Shown here: piece by piece, positions 49,959 through 62,550 of the stretch
How the letters are laid out: the number at the start of each line of letters is the position of its first letter
Numbering within the stretch: the first letter of the stretch is position 1
Assembly (NCBI GenBank): GCA_051362555.1
Contig: CM120648.1
Coordinates: 12,830,587-12,894,586, forward strand
From: Lingula anatina
Taxonomy: Eukaryota; Animalia; Brachiopoda
Direction of reading: 5' to 3'
DNA: 64,000 bases
The notes under the pieces: generated by a model
Told to the model about the DNA's origin: nothing
The model's input: the letters and a program-made list of their open reading frames with translations, nothing else
The model's database searches: none
Made by a program: the position numbers and the translations under genes

Positions 49959-52900
49959 TTAGCGTCTCACAGCGCACACGTTGTAGTTGTATGGTGTGAA
50001 TGTGGACGCATTACAACCCTCGACTCCATCGGGTGGTTTCTCGCCCTCTGGTACCTTGAAGGTAAAATTCTGAAGCAACGTGGTGAAGAAAATGAACAAC
50101 TCCATTTCAGCCAGTCCTTTGCCCAGGCAAGCACGGGGTCCTGAAATTAATTAATATCAATGATAATACCATGCCAATGTGGAGGCACTGAGCTGCAGCA
50201 CGTGCTACTAGGGAGCTCGAGATATCCAAAGAGTTGGGCCAAAGCTACCAGTGTTAATTAAGATTCCAAACCATCTGAAACAAAAATGTTCAAAAGATTG
50301 AAATACGGCAAAAATGTAATGCTTTCCATGGTGGGACGTCAATCAGAGAACTGGAACTGTAAAACACGTACCTATGGAAAACGGTATCAGTTTGTCCGAC
50401 TTGATCACTTTACTATTGCCATCCAGCCATCTTGCTGGTTTGAACTTGTAAGGATCCTCGAAGTTATTCTTATCGTGGAGAACCCGGTACAAGTCTCCCA
50501 GTATCATGGTCCCCTTGGGAATGGTGTATCCGTCTAAATTTATAGTTTCACTGGTAGCATGGGGAACTCCAAGAGGGACTGACGACATGGAAGAGAAAAA
50601 AGAATAAAATATATATTAGATTAAAATGGTTTATTTGAATATAGGGATAGTAGTAGAGAAAGTGAAGAAAGAAAGAGGGGTGAAACAAATGTTGACTTTC
50701 ATAGCCTTTATTGAAAAACGATTTGGTCGAAATTCCAGTTCCGTGTACACAGCCACGCTTTGTTTATAAATCTCTCATGTATCACTGTTGTCACTGTAGC
50801 TGAAACATTCTTGTTTAAATTTTGCACGTCCTTTTTTAAGAGCTGCGTTGAAAGGTACTAGTACAGTTCATATATCACGTCACTTATCCACTAAAAATCA
50901 GTGTACTATCAAAGTCGGTGCAGATGACGACTATTTTTGAGTATGTCAGTTCGTAAATCGCACTATAAAACAAGCGGCTACTTTTCTTGGCAATATACTT
51001 TAAATCATACATTAAACTTGATTGCAGTTGTTTATCATTTATTGATGGACCAATTTTTGGCAGTAGTTTTCAAATTGAAGGCATATATTAATACAGCGCG
51101 AGTTTTAAAGCTAAAATTACTGACCAACAGGGGAAATACGAAGGACTTCCAAAATGGTTGCTTCAGTGAACGGCATTTCAGCCTTGTCCTCCATCTTGGC
51201 AACACGACCTTGACCTATGACCTTGAATTAAAAGCATTAACCATTTAATATAATTTGTAAAAGAACCACGTACAACTGTACATTTTTGTGACACAGTTTC
51301 TTTACACAACATAAAATTGTTGCGATAATGTAAAAAAATTAAAATCATCTCTCTGCTAGTTCTCTCTCTCTCTCTCTCTCTCTCGATCGTGCTCTTTATT
51401 ACGTCGTTACCTGATCAATTTCCTGCTGCACCCTCTTCTGAACGTCCAGTTGATTAACCATATGTATGAGGGACCATCTCAAAGTATTTGCGGTTGTGTC
51501 AGTTCCAGCCAAATATAAATCTACGATGATGCGGAATACGTTCCATTCTGAAATTTACAATATGTCTATTGCAAGTGAACTGTTAAAACGATTGAACAGT
51601 AACATACCCATTGTGCTACCACCTCGGTAAAACCACATGCTACGTACTGAAGTACCTTGCAGGCCAAACATTTCAAAGACATGTAGTCTAATTAAAAAAA
51701 GTACCCAGAGAGCACTGACCTCCACCAAGACAAACAATTACCTAATAATTAACCATCAAAAAATAAATGTGCCACTACCAAATTTTAATCAGTTTTAACA
51801 TAAGTAAGCCCACTTTGACCAATCCTAAAAATGTAATTAGAATCCATCCATAACTTTTTTGACCTAGGCTGATGAAGAACCAACAAACAAACAAACGGAC
51901 GCGAAAACAACATTCTTGGCTTAAAAGGATAATAACTCTTCGTTTTAGCCAAATAATGAATTTTCCTGGAGTAAACAACAATTTTCCCATACTTACCAAT
52001 GGTTAATGAATCCATTTTTACATTAAAAGTTAGTTCTTGTTTTTTTTCTAAAAAATTTGTTTTATAACAGAGTATAGTCATCAATGGAGGTCATGTGCTC
52101 TAAAGACAAACTCAGATATCAGGATTATAGTTATTACTGCAGTTTTTGTAGTACAACAGAATATATTATATTTCTATGACTTGTTCACAATGTTTTGATT
52201 GTTAAATATAGATCCATACGAAGAGTTATTATCCCTTAAAGTAATAATTAACCGGTAAGTGTTATATTATATCACCAAAACGCTTAAGATCTTCACGAGA
52301 ACAATTCCTTTAACAGCATCATACTGTACCCGCGTAGATCTCAGGATCTTGCTCTTCTTGGGTGACCTTTATGAAGAGGTCAATGAAGTCCCGGATGTCA
52401 GTTGGATCAAAGGACTGGCGGTGTCGGTCGACTTCCTGTCTTATCAAACTATACAGTCTGTCCACGAGTGCCATTATCTTCTTCATCTTAAAAAAATCAT
52501 ATTAAATTTTGTGGAATACAAAAAAATTGTTTACAGTATGCCATACCTTTCTGAAACTTTTTTTCAGTACGATACTCAAATTACATGTACTGTACGAATT
52601 AAATGATTTGATTTACGGGTTATAAACTTATAACGACAAAATGCTCTAATAACACGAGAAATGAATTGGAAATAAGTGAAAAGTATTTTGGTTAAGGCGG
52701 TAAAGAATTAATTTTTACCGGCATCAAAAAGCGAGCCAAGTTAGTAAACAACTCTATCCCTTCGCCAGCTCTCAACGCCTGCTCCAAAACTGGCAGCAAT
52801 TCTGGAGTGTCATTATAGTCATGTCTGAAATCGATCCAAATTGTTACTGTTTTCAAGATGGGCAGCCATCGCATATTCCTGCCACATTGTCAATAGTGGC

Positions 52901-55900
52901 TCATGGATACATTTGTTGTAGGTATTACTTAATGATAATAAAAAATTTATGACAACAACATATACATAAACAAAAATTTGCCTCCATGTTTTTCTCCCAA
53001 TTATGGACAACATAATCACTGAACCAACACCAAGTTGTTATTTGATGCCAAAAGAGGGAAGAGATGCTTTGACCATAGCTTAATTACGTCCCAAGCTCTC
53101 AATTTCAGCTAGATTGTCATATCATTGATTCAGATAACTACCGGTAGTATTTTTGAATGCATCCGTGAAAATAAGATTCCATGTTAACGTTTGACAACTA
53201 TATGTACAGGCTGTTGTTCAGCTTCTTTTAAAAGTCAGATGGCCTAAAAAATGTAATGCAGCCTCTCTGTACTCTTACTGGTATCTTACCGGTATTAATT
53301 ATGTCTTTAATAATGGTGAGGCAACAGAAAGATCCTCGTTTACCTGACTCCAAACACAATGGTTGCAATAATGTTGCTGACAGCTTTTCCAACCCTGTCT
53401 CTGGGAGAGAAGGCCTTTCCATTTTCATCTTCAATGTTTTGCACCAAGTATCTTGCCTCATCCTGAATTCTTTCTTGTAAACTTTTCCTCCCGAGGCCGA
53501 GATCTCGAAGAGACGAGAGCGTGAATCTCCTCAGCTCTTTCCATTCGTGTCCAGATTTAAATATAACTCCAGCTCCTACAGATGAAATAACTAAGTTAAA
53601 GAAAATGTTCATTAACCAATATTTTAATACTTTCCATACACATTTACAAAAGTCTTCACAACTTTTTTATTTATTTTATTTTATAAACAAGCCTCGAAAG
53701 ACTTTAGTTCATGTATATTATACTACTGTAGGAAGTGGTCCAAACCATATTCCCCTACAATAATGAAAGTGAAATTAAAAAATATATATATATATTTCTG
53801 AAATCAAGAATAAATAAAAGCTACATTATAATATTTCAAGATTGTTTAAAAATGAGTTCATAAGCAGTGTTGTTTTATTCCATTTTCTTGAACATACCGA
53901 TAGTAAATGATACAAATAATAATGAATACAAATATGTTTTACTTCACTTACAAAGTTAAGAGAATTCTTACAAATTACAACATAAAAAGGAGCGTGATGC
54001 TTCCATACATGTTTAAAATTTAAGATTACAAAATGCATGTGATCAAAAAAGAGACAGGTGCAAAGTACTTTATTCATATATAATGCAATTCTGATCATGT
54101 ATGCTTTTACACAAGTACGCTAACAGCATCACGCATGGCTGAATGTTTAATACACCATGGTCAAAATATTTGATAAATCTCACCTTCAAATAATGGCAAA
54201 TCACAGTGCATTCAAATACAACTAGAAAATGGATTTTTCAAGCACAATGTCAAAAATGAATTAAATTTGCCATCTTATATAATGCAAAAAAGCAATGCAT
54301 CAAAGGATACCTTACTCATTGAAAAGATGTTTAAGAAAGTTCACCGTAAATCAACCATAATTAGTAAAATACAAATATGTAATAACACACTAAAACATTC
54401 TACCAATTACAAAGAATGTAGAGAATATTCATCGCACAATTAATTGTATCACAAGTGTCACAAAAATGAAAAGTTATTTGTAGCAGCAAATTATATATAA
54501 AATCGAAATTGTGAAATGACCCGAGAAAGAAATGGACCAAATATTTTTCTTTATTTATACATATTATATATTTTTCCTTTATCTTCAGGTAGATCATTTT
54601 CTGAAATACAAATAAAGCACTTTTACCATTCACAATAAGGGATTGACTGGTCTAATTTTACAAAATCTATCTTACCTGAGACATCATCAACATTTTTGCG
54701 GTTAGGAATATTCTCTTAATCACCAATGTTATCTAAAGTTCCATTTTCAATGAATAAATAACTATCCTACTGTTTCCTTGTAGACAATTGTTGGATGTGA
54801 CGACCCGACATGTTCGACAGGCCAGATATGTCCTACGACCAGAGAACATGCAGGCCAGATATGTCCTACGACCAGAGAACATGCAGGCCAGATATGTCCG
54901 ACAAAAAAAGAGCCAGGTGTGTACATATCTGGCCTGTCGGACACATCTGGCTCTTTTTTGTCGGACATACCAGGCCTGTCGGACATAGCGGGTCGTCACA
55001 GGGGGATCATTTTATTTTCTCCCCTCAGGTATTTCAATTTGAGATGTTCATTTCGTTTCACAGGATCATGTTTAAGATCAATGGTACAAATACATTACTT
55101 ACCATCTGTGGTAGAAATAACACTAGACATTTCATCTCTTAGGCGTGGCACAAAATTTCATCTAAAAGTTAAATAAAAACAAAAATTACTTTTTTTCAAA
55201 ATGAAGTGCAAATTTTTCCAAGCGAAGAAAGTTGGAAAACTAGATCATCTAAAGGATTGAAACTTAAATTAGTTCATCAAGTTTGAAAACTATCGTCAGC
55301 CGATATTTAGCAAAACTCCTTCATAGTCGCTAACGTTATACTCTTGGAGTGTACATGTGGCCTTCAAAAGTAAACCAAGCTGCAATCGCAGTAACATTTA
55401 GTCACTCTAATGCCATATAGTACACAGCGAAGACTGTCATAATTCAGATTAGCTAAAATATATAAAGAAATAAGATTTTAATTACTTACAATTTGCTGTC
55501 GGCATTTTCATCCGTCCCCTCTCTTCAGTTACGTTTGCAGTCACGTAACATACGCTGCGAATGATTTAGGGTAGTGATTGCAATAAATAATGGACCCGAT
55601 CATAAAGCCGTCTGGGTTTATAAGTTACACTAAATAGGGTAAAAAACTAAGTCTTCTATTTTCTTTTTCTCAAACCCAAGTTTAGTTACTTCAGTACATC
55701 ACCTACATACTAGTACAACGGGTATCAAGTCATGGGTCACATAAGGGTAGTGATTGCAATAAATAATGGACCCGATCATAAAGCCGTCTGGGTTTATAAG
55801 TTACACTAAATAGGGTAAAAAACTAAGTCTTCTATTTTCTTTTTCTCAAACCCAAGTTTAGTTACTTCAGTACATCACCTACATACTAGTACAACGGGTA

Positions 55901-56075
55901 TCAAGTCATGGGTCACATAACATCCCCCACAAATTGTACCCGAGTTCAATTTGAGGGAACGTGTAGCGATATGGCGTATTCAGATCTATCCAAGGGGAAA
56001 AGAATTCTGACGCACCACTACCCCTCTCTTTTAACTTCTTGTTTCCTCGTTTACTGCTTCCCCCACCCCCACACA

Positions 56076-56118
<43 letters not shown>

Positions 56119-56591
56119 CACAATGCTGGAAATGTCAGTGTGCACGCGTAAAGATATACATGTACGTGACAAGCATGGTACGTAAATTTTGAAATCTCAT
56201 AATTACCGTCCTTTCCAACTATTTGTCTTATGAAATATATCCAAGTAGGTCTATCGCTGACTGTGGCCGCATTCTTCACGAAAGCCTCTTGTATCAGCTC
56301 ATGAGTTCCCAACATTATCGCGTGTTGCTCACCAAATTTAACGTGCATGATATCTCCGTATGTATCATACCATGGAAGAAGGTCTGTCGGTTGTCGTCTC
56401 CTACCGCTGATCAACATCTGTGGGAGACATCCCACCACGGGGAAACAGACAGGTCCGGGCGGCCAGTTCACCCGAGGATTCTTCGACGACAGCATCCACA
56501 GACTTAACAACAGCACTGCCACGAATATCAAAACAGTCGGCAGACCGACAGTAGAAAAAAACTCGACGAGACTGTGCACGATCTTGGCCAT
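49959..56591 (-). CDS. Cytochrome P450, clan 2 (CYP2-like), gene 6; 8 exons, 500 aa
   Basis: Minus-strand exons 56591-56207, 53575-53344, 52824-52719, 52486-52330, 51547-51411, 51221-51125, 50578-50372, 50140-49959. Introns are GT-AG. Motifs AGTDTT, EVLR, KPARW (variant), PFSIGPRACLG. Confidence 0.92.
51925..52236. mobile_element. TTAA-target MITE, third copy, inserted at the end of a HINE-like element in gene 6 intron 4
   Basis: TIR GGATAATAACTCTTCG / CGAAGAGTTATTATCC, with high similarity to 36546-36883. Confidence 0.78.
54796..55000. mobile_element. MITE with TGTGACGACCCG termini and internal 33-bp tandem/inverted modules, gene 6 intron 1
   Basis: 12-bp perfect TIR. CAGGCCAGATATGTCCTACGACCAGAGAACATG occurs twice, plus inverted ATATCTGGCCTGTCGGAC modules. 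Confidence 0.72.
55568..55919. repeat. Perfect 176-bp tandem duplication in gene 6 intron 1
   Basis: 55568-55743 and 55744-55919 read identical. Confidence 0.9.
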
Positions 56592-57792
56592 TTTTTCTCC
56601 CTGGTTAAGACCGTCAAAATCCGCCTGTTACAATCTCTATACACCAATGTAATGTAAGAACTACATGTAAAATGGAACGCTTAACTCGTCTCAAGGTCAA
56701 TCCCTGCAACATGCAACCTTAGATTACGTGTGCACAATTGCAAAACAAACCTCACATCCGGCATACTGAAAGTATACCCCAGCAAAACTATTTGTGTGCA
56801 TAGGGTTAGAGGGTACCCCACTTTTTTTTTGTGAAAATGCATTTATGGTGAAAATTGGGGGCATTTAGCAGTACCTCTGTGAACGCCATCCCATCTCCTA
56901 ATCATTGTAATATTAAGCCCAGGGATACAGGTTTAATATGCATAATTTGCCTTAAAGAGATAGGGACTCCTTCCCAAAAGTATTCTCCTTGAAATCCTAT
57001 GGAAGGTATGACCTTAATTTGTTGAAAGAAATGATAGAAATAAAAATCCCAAAACATTCACTACAGTTCGTGAGCATTTAACTGGAGACCAGTATCATAT
57101 CAGTTCCCGTAAGGTCAGAAAATTGGGTCGATCTATTGAATTTAACCCGTAACCACTGTAGAGCTGCATTTTACAACTGAATGCATTTTCAACCGACTAC
57201 AAAATGTGTTCAGCTGCAAAATGCGGCGCAACTTCTTATGATAGGTTTATTAATCCCCGAAGCATATACAGTGTAATTCCTTTTAGGATATAACAATTTG
57301 AAATTGATTTTTCATGTATATAATATCGTCCGCCCCAGGGGCAGCCTGACCAAATGTAGCGTACCTAGCCGGAGGCAAACCCGTCCAGTTTTACAGTTCT
57401 TCAAACCATTTCAGTGACTTTGAAAAAACTCCTGGGTTTTAAAATGCGTTCCGGTTGCTTTTTTACGATTTTCTTTGGTTGCAATTGCAAAATGCGTTTA
57501 GTTGCTGAAGGCAGCTCTACTGATTGCGCTGCATTTTGCAACTGAACACATTTCTTGCATCCGGTTGCAGAATGGGTTCGAATGTAAAATGCTGCTCTAC
57601 AACGTTGATATACAGTTATAACGTTATAATCCATACAGAACTAGTTGGAGATCAGGCTCACCAGCCACCAACAAAAAATCAAGACGTGTCTCGACTGCTT
57701 CCCGTCCTCATCATGAGAATAATGAATAGGATAGGAAACTTGCAGAAAAGGTTTTGTCTGCCTCCGCCTAGTTTCGGACTTGATACATCTAT

Positions 57793-57795
<3 letters not shown>

Positions 57796-57869
<74 letters not shown>

Positions 57870-57894
57870 TGTGTGTGTGTGTGTGTGTGTGTGT
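57796..57894. repeat. (TA)n(GT)n compound microsatellite
   Basis: Direct reading. Confidence 0.95.
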
Positions 57895-58333
57895 ACCATA
57901 TTGAGGATTCATGTCCACTCACCGTATAGATCTTATGGGATGGGGGCCTCTTTGCAACCCCACAAACGAAATTTGTGCAAAATTGTTTGAAAATAATAAC
58001 TTTTGCTGACTCGTCACATCATTATTTTTAAGATGATGAGTCTTATTTAATATTTCATATTTAATTTTTATCCCTAAGGCCATAACATTTAATGCAGGCA
58101 ACAATTTGCTACATTGTTATTATTCTTAAAATTATTAGGATAGTGAGTTTATAAAATAAAAGCGGCCTTGTTTGGCCAAATCACGAACAACCGATAGTCT
58201 TTGTTGCCTTCTCTTTTGTTATGAATGGGACTATGCAAGTTTGTGGTGCACTGGGATGGAGGAGACATAAATAAGTATTATTGCTGATGCATCTCTGAAG
58301 ATCAAATATAATCTCAAATATAAATGTCAAATG

Positions 58334-58379
58334 TAATCCAAGCTTTCGGCCCCTATAGCTAGGCCCTCTTCGGGGATTA
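58334..58379 (-). ncRNA. Minimal type I hammerhead ribozyme-like motif (Penelope-associated type) with one core substitution
   Basis: Minus-strand RNA UAAUCC-CCGAAGA-G-GGCC(UAGCUAUAGG)GGCC-GAAA-GCUU-GGAUUA gives a 6-bp stem I, a GGCC stem II, the GAAA box and a palindromic AAGCUU stem III. CCGAAGA replaces the consensus CUGANGA. Confidence 0.55.
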
Positions 58380-59314
58380 TCCCTTCAGATATGCATTAGC
58401 AATAATACTCTTTTATATATACCATATTATGGCAATAGATTCAAATGGCTGAACCACTCATCTTTTGAACACGAAATAACCGAGTTTATTAAGTAACAAC
58501 AACGTTAAAAATAATGAGGATAAATATTTAAACATTCGTTTCTTTGTCTGTGAAGAATATTGCACAAAAAGTCGAGGGCGGATTGATGAAATTTTAGGAC
58601 AGGTCTCTAATAGGCGATGGAAGAAATAATTACATTTCGGTGATGATGCATTAATTAATATTAATTAATTATATGCACATTTTGATGAAACGTTCAGGAT
58701 AGGTCTCGCAAGGGCCAAAAAAGAAAAGATTATGTTTTGGTGATGAATAATTAATTAAGTAATGGCTAATTACAGGGTAATTATTTGTCTAGGAGGAGGT
58801 TTTGCTCTCTGAATGCTTTTCCAATTTAAACTGAGATATGATGTGCAAAAGACAAACTACATTAAAACGGGTTACATTTCTCCAAATAATCACCGACACT
58901 GTATAACAAAATGGACAAAACAATAAACATCATATAAAAGGCATATGGACGCAGATAGGGCGCGTGTTTATTTCTGACCTTTTCAATTGTATATATACAA
59001 CAAATCACAATATAAATAAATAATTAAAAATAAGTCAAATGAGTCAAATTCAATGCATCTTTCCATAATATACTAAAGAATCAAATAGGAGACCCTTCCC
59101 AAACAGTTCTTACAGAGTTTAACCTCTCCCTTTCAAAGGGAATCACCGGGATACCAGCTCTCTCGAGCTCATACTTCCCTTACATAGGCAGGCCTTGATT
59201 AAGCTTTCTCTAACACGAGCCTCAGATTTGTGGGCACAAAAGCCCCAAGGACGACTCCAGCCCCGAATTAACCAACCCAGCGTAAAATCATTTGCCACAA
59301 GCAGAGCGTTTCAC

Positions 59315-59354
<40 letters not shown>

Positions 59355-62300
59355 GCACAAAAAGATAATGCAAGTGCGCAATATAGCATTTTGTCAGTTC
59401 TGATGCAATATTACATATACTTAACAACATCATCACCACCAAATTTAATTATGTACTACAGATAACATGGTCATTCGGAAATTTTAAATAACTTCACGCA
59501 ACACAATCCAATCAAGATGGTTTGCCAATCTGGGGTGTTTTTAGACCTAAGGAACATTTTAAGGGAGAAATGACAAGTAACACGGCATTCCTTTTGCAGG
59601 TTTTGCTGTGACAGTATACAAAACAGAGGTTTTGTGTAATTTTGGAACAATATTACATAATAATTAACAGCATAATCACCGCTAATTTTTTAAAAACTTA
59701 TACTACTGGTAACATGAAATCCAGAAAATGTTACTTAAATAGGGCTTCTGTCCCACGGGATTTCAAAACGACACATAGAAAATACCAACATGTAAAAATG
59801 AAGATGTCACAAAAATGAATATCTTCAAGAAAACAATTCAATAAAAGATGTGATCCAAACTTGACCTGTTCTTAAGTGCCACGAATCACACCAGCAAGGT
59901 TAAGGACGGGACTATTATTTCACATGTTTTCCCATAGTTTGCGTCAACGGGGAAGAATGCACGGCGACAACTACGCCGATGAAGACGACAAGCGCAGGCT
60001 ATATGTATAGACAAACTTTGTCTCTAAACACTGTATCAGTGCATACTGTGTCTGTAAATAAATCGGCATTTCTGCGAATGAGATACCAGAAAGAATGCCA
60101 AATACAAAATGCATTTTAATTATTAACGGTTTGAAATGCAAGAACGCCGGCGACCTGAAAGTGTACCGCAGCAAAACTATTTGTGTGCGTAGGGTTAGGG
60201 TAGCCTACTTTCTTTTGTGAAAATGCATTTATGGTGCAAATTGGGGGCATTTAGCAATACCTCCATTCCATTCCATCTTCTTGTCATTGTAGTATTAAGC
60301 CAGGGAGACAGGTTTACTATGCCTAGTTTGCCTTCAAAGAGAAGGAGACTTTTTCCCAAATGTATTTTACTGAAAATCCCATGGGACATATGTGGCTTTG
60401 TTGAAATGAATAGTAGGAATAAAATCCCAAAGCCCTCAGCTCGAGACCAGGATCATAAATATCAGTCCCCATGAGGTCAGAAAACTGGGTCGATCTATTG
60501 AAATTAACCTGTAAACATTGTAGAGCAGCATTTTGCAACCGAACGCATTTTGCAACTGCAACGCATTTTACAACTAAAGAAAATCATGCAAAACTTATTT
60601 TGCAACCAGGATTTTTTTCTAAGTCGCTTAATTGGTTTGTAGTGCTAAATAGGTAGAATTGGAATGGAGACGAGGTTGCCTCGGCTAGGTACGCTGAATT
60701 TGGTCAGGCTGCCCCCGGGGTGGACGATTATGTACATGTATATTATAATCTTTTTCAAGTTGTTATTTCCTAGAGTGTCAAATTAATAGATGCGTCGGGG
60801 ATCAATAAACCTATCATGAGGGATTTGAGTAACTTTTGGGAATTTTATTGTGAATTGGGGTGTGGTCGTCCCTAGGGTTGGTCAATTTTATTTTTGTTTT
60901 ACATAGTAAAGCCTATAAGAGTTAGGAAAATGCAACCTACTAATCATTTGGGATGTGGAAAGGCACTTCAGATTTTTTTACTTTGGGGATGGTCGTCCCT
61001 GGGGGTCTTTTTGTGATGGGTCACAAATAGGCGAAGTAAGAAATGATTATCTTTGGAGATGATACATTAATTAATCAATCAACCGTGTACAGATTTTGAT
61101 GAAATTTTCAGTGTTGGTCACAAATGGACCAAGGAAGTAGGGACAAGATTTTGGTGATGATCCATTGATTAATTAATTATGTACATATTTTTCAAACGTT
61201 CAAATAGGTCTCAATAGGGCCAAATAAAAATAGTTGGATTTTGGTGATAAATAATTAACCAAGTAATGGTTAATTATAAGGTTATTAATTATGAGATTAT
61301 CCTCTCTGATTGCTTTTCTAGTTTAAAAGGAGACCCAAAAGACAAACTGCTTTAAAACATTTAGAAATTATGTACATGTATTTGCAAGATGTTACAATGG
61401 TTGTCCAATTTTACAGCAGATAAAATCACTTTTAAAATGGAAAGTGCCAAGAAAGAAATCTGTGAGAATGTCAAGATTCTATATAATGTCACTTTAATTT
61501 CAGGTCATTTTCTAGCTTAAATTTATTAACTTTGAGTTCAGTAAAAGATGGGTATTGTGGTCACAAATGGTCATTTTTATACACCACGTAACTACCCTCT
61601 GAATATGTCTTAATAAGCCTTCAACTCGATCAAACACTTGCATTTACCCAATTTAAAACAAACAAATATAAAGCAAATTGATGAATGAATGATAAGTTAA
61701 TAAATACTCTACGAATTTATGTAAATCTTTAAGTTCTGCCTTAAATTAACACTTACTGGGGTAAACATTATTATAAAGGGGATATTTCAAAAACTCGTTT
61801 TTCATTTACCAAGAAGTAATGTAGCGAAAATCTTTCCTTGATTGAAAGAAGTTAGCGCACGTATTCATTTCAGACCTCATATATATATAAACATATCTGA
61901 GTTTGGTAAAAGTTTATGTCTCATGTGGTTACAATGCCCCTTTTTCATCATTGTACTTTACGCAACTCATCGGTATTTTAAATTTTTTTCGATGCATTCA
62001 TTTATTTTTCCATGAAATAATGAAATAAAATCTAAGACGATGTTTTAAATCGCTTTATATCGCTTTTTATCGTGGTCACACCCTTGCATATACTAAACTA
62101 AAACAAACAAATAAGCAAACATAATGCAAATATACAGACTGCAATTCATGCCACAGGACACTGTCATAAATTGTCCACAAATGTGAGGTGATCATTTACT
62201 TACAAAAACACATGGGCTTAGAGGTGGGACAACCTTTCTGACAAAGTCTGTCTATTAAACTAGGAATCGATAGTGTTTGTTATAGGCAAATCACAGCACA

Positions 62301-62550
62301 CAATTTAATACAATTTGCATTTAATTTACCCTTACTTAATACACAACATTCAAGCAACTACACAAAGTTTATTAAAGGCGATTTCTGACAAAAGTTTTTG
62401 CCAAGAACAAATGCACAAAAATCATTTCGAGAATAAACGGATTATTTTAGTTTAGGTACCGTCAATCACAAGTCAGACTCAGATGATCTAACGTATTTAT
62501 GCAGATACAGTTGTACATGTCCATAGTTAGAGGCAATTTTTTATTCCGTT

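Larger units (their letters stand above)
56768..58870. repeat. Segmental duplication, copy A (gene 6 upstream region); copy B at ~60158-61360
   Basis: Direct similarity 56770-57200 vs 60160-60555 and 58580-58870 vs 61010-61360. Segment 57235-57440 is inverted relative to 60605-60820. Confidence 0.78.

Noticed and set aside
50918-50963. Second hammerhead-like string GTGCAGATGACGAC...GTAAATCGCAC
   Set aside because: Both core boxes deviate (CAGATGA, GTAAA) and stem II is weak.
54796-55000. Short repeats superficially like a CRISPR array; repetitive ORFs on both strands
   Set aside because: The 'spacers' are identical, the unit is bounded by TIRs, the context is a eukaryotic intron and there are no cas genes. 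It is a MITE.
53735-55600. AT-rich 1.8-kb block in gene 6 intron 1, possibly a large non-autonomous transposon
   Set aside because: I could not find convincing paired termini, a TSD or a coding relic by eye.
57524-57922. Several ORFs with IY/HT/CV runs (also 2035-2301, 10561-10768, 42622-43207)
   Set aside because: They are translations of microsatellites and homopolymers.
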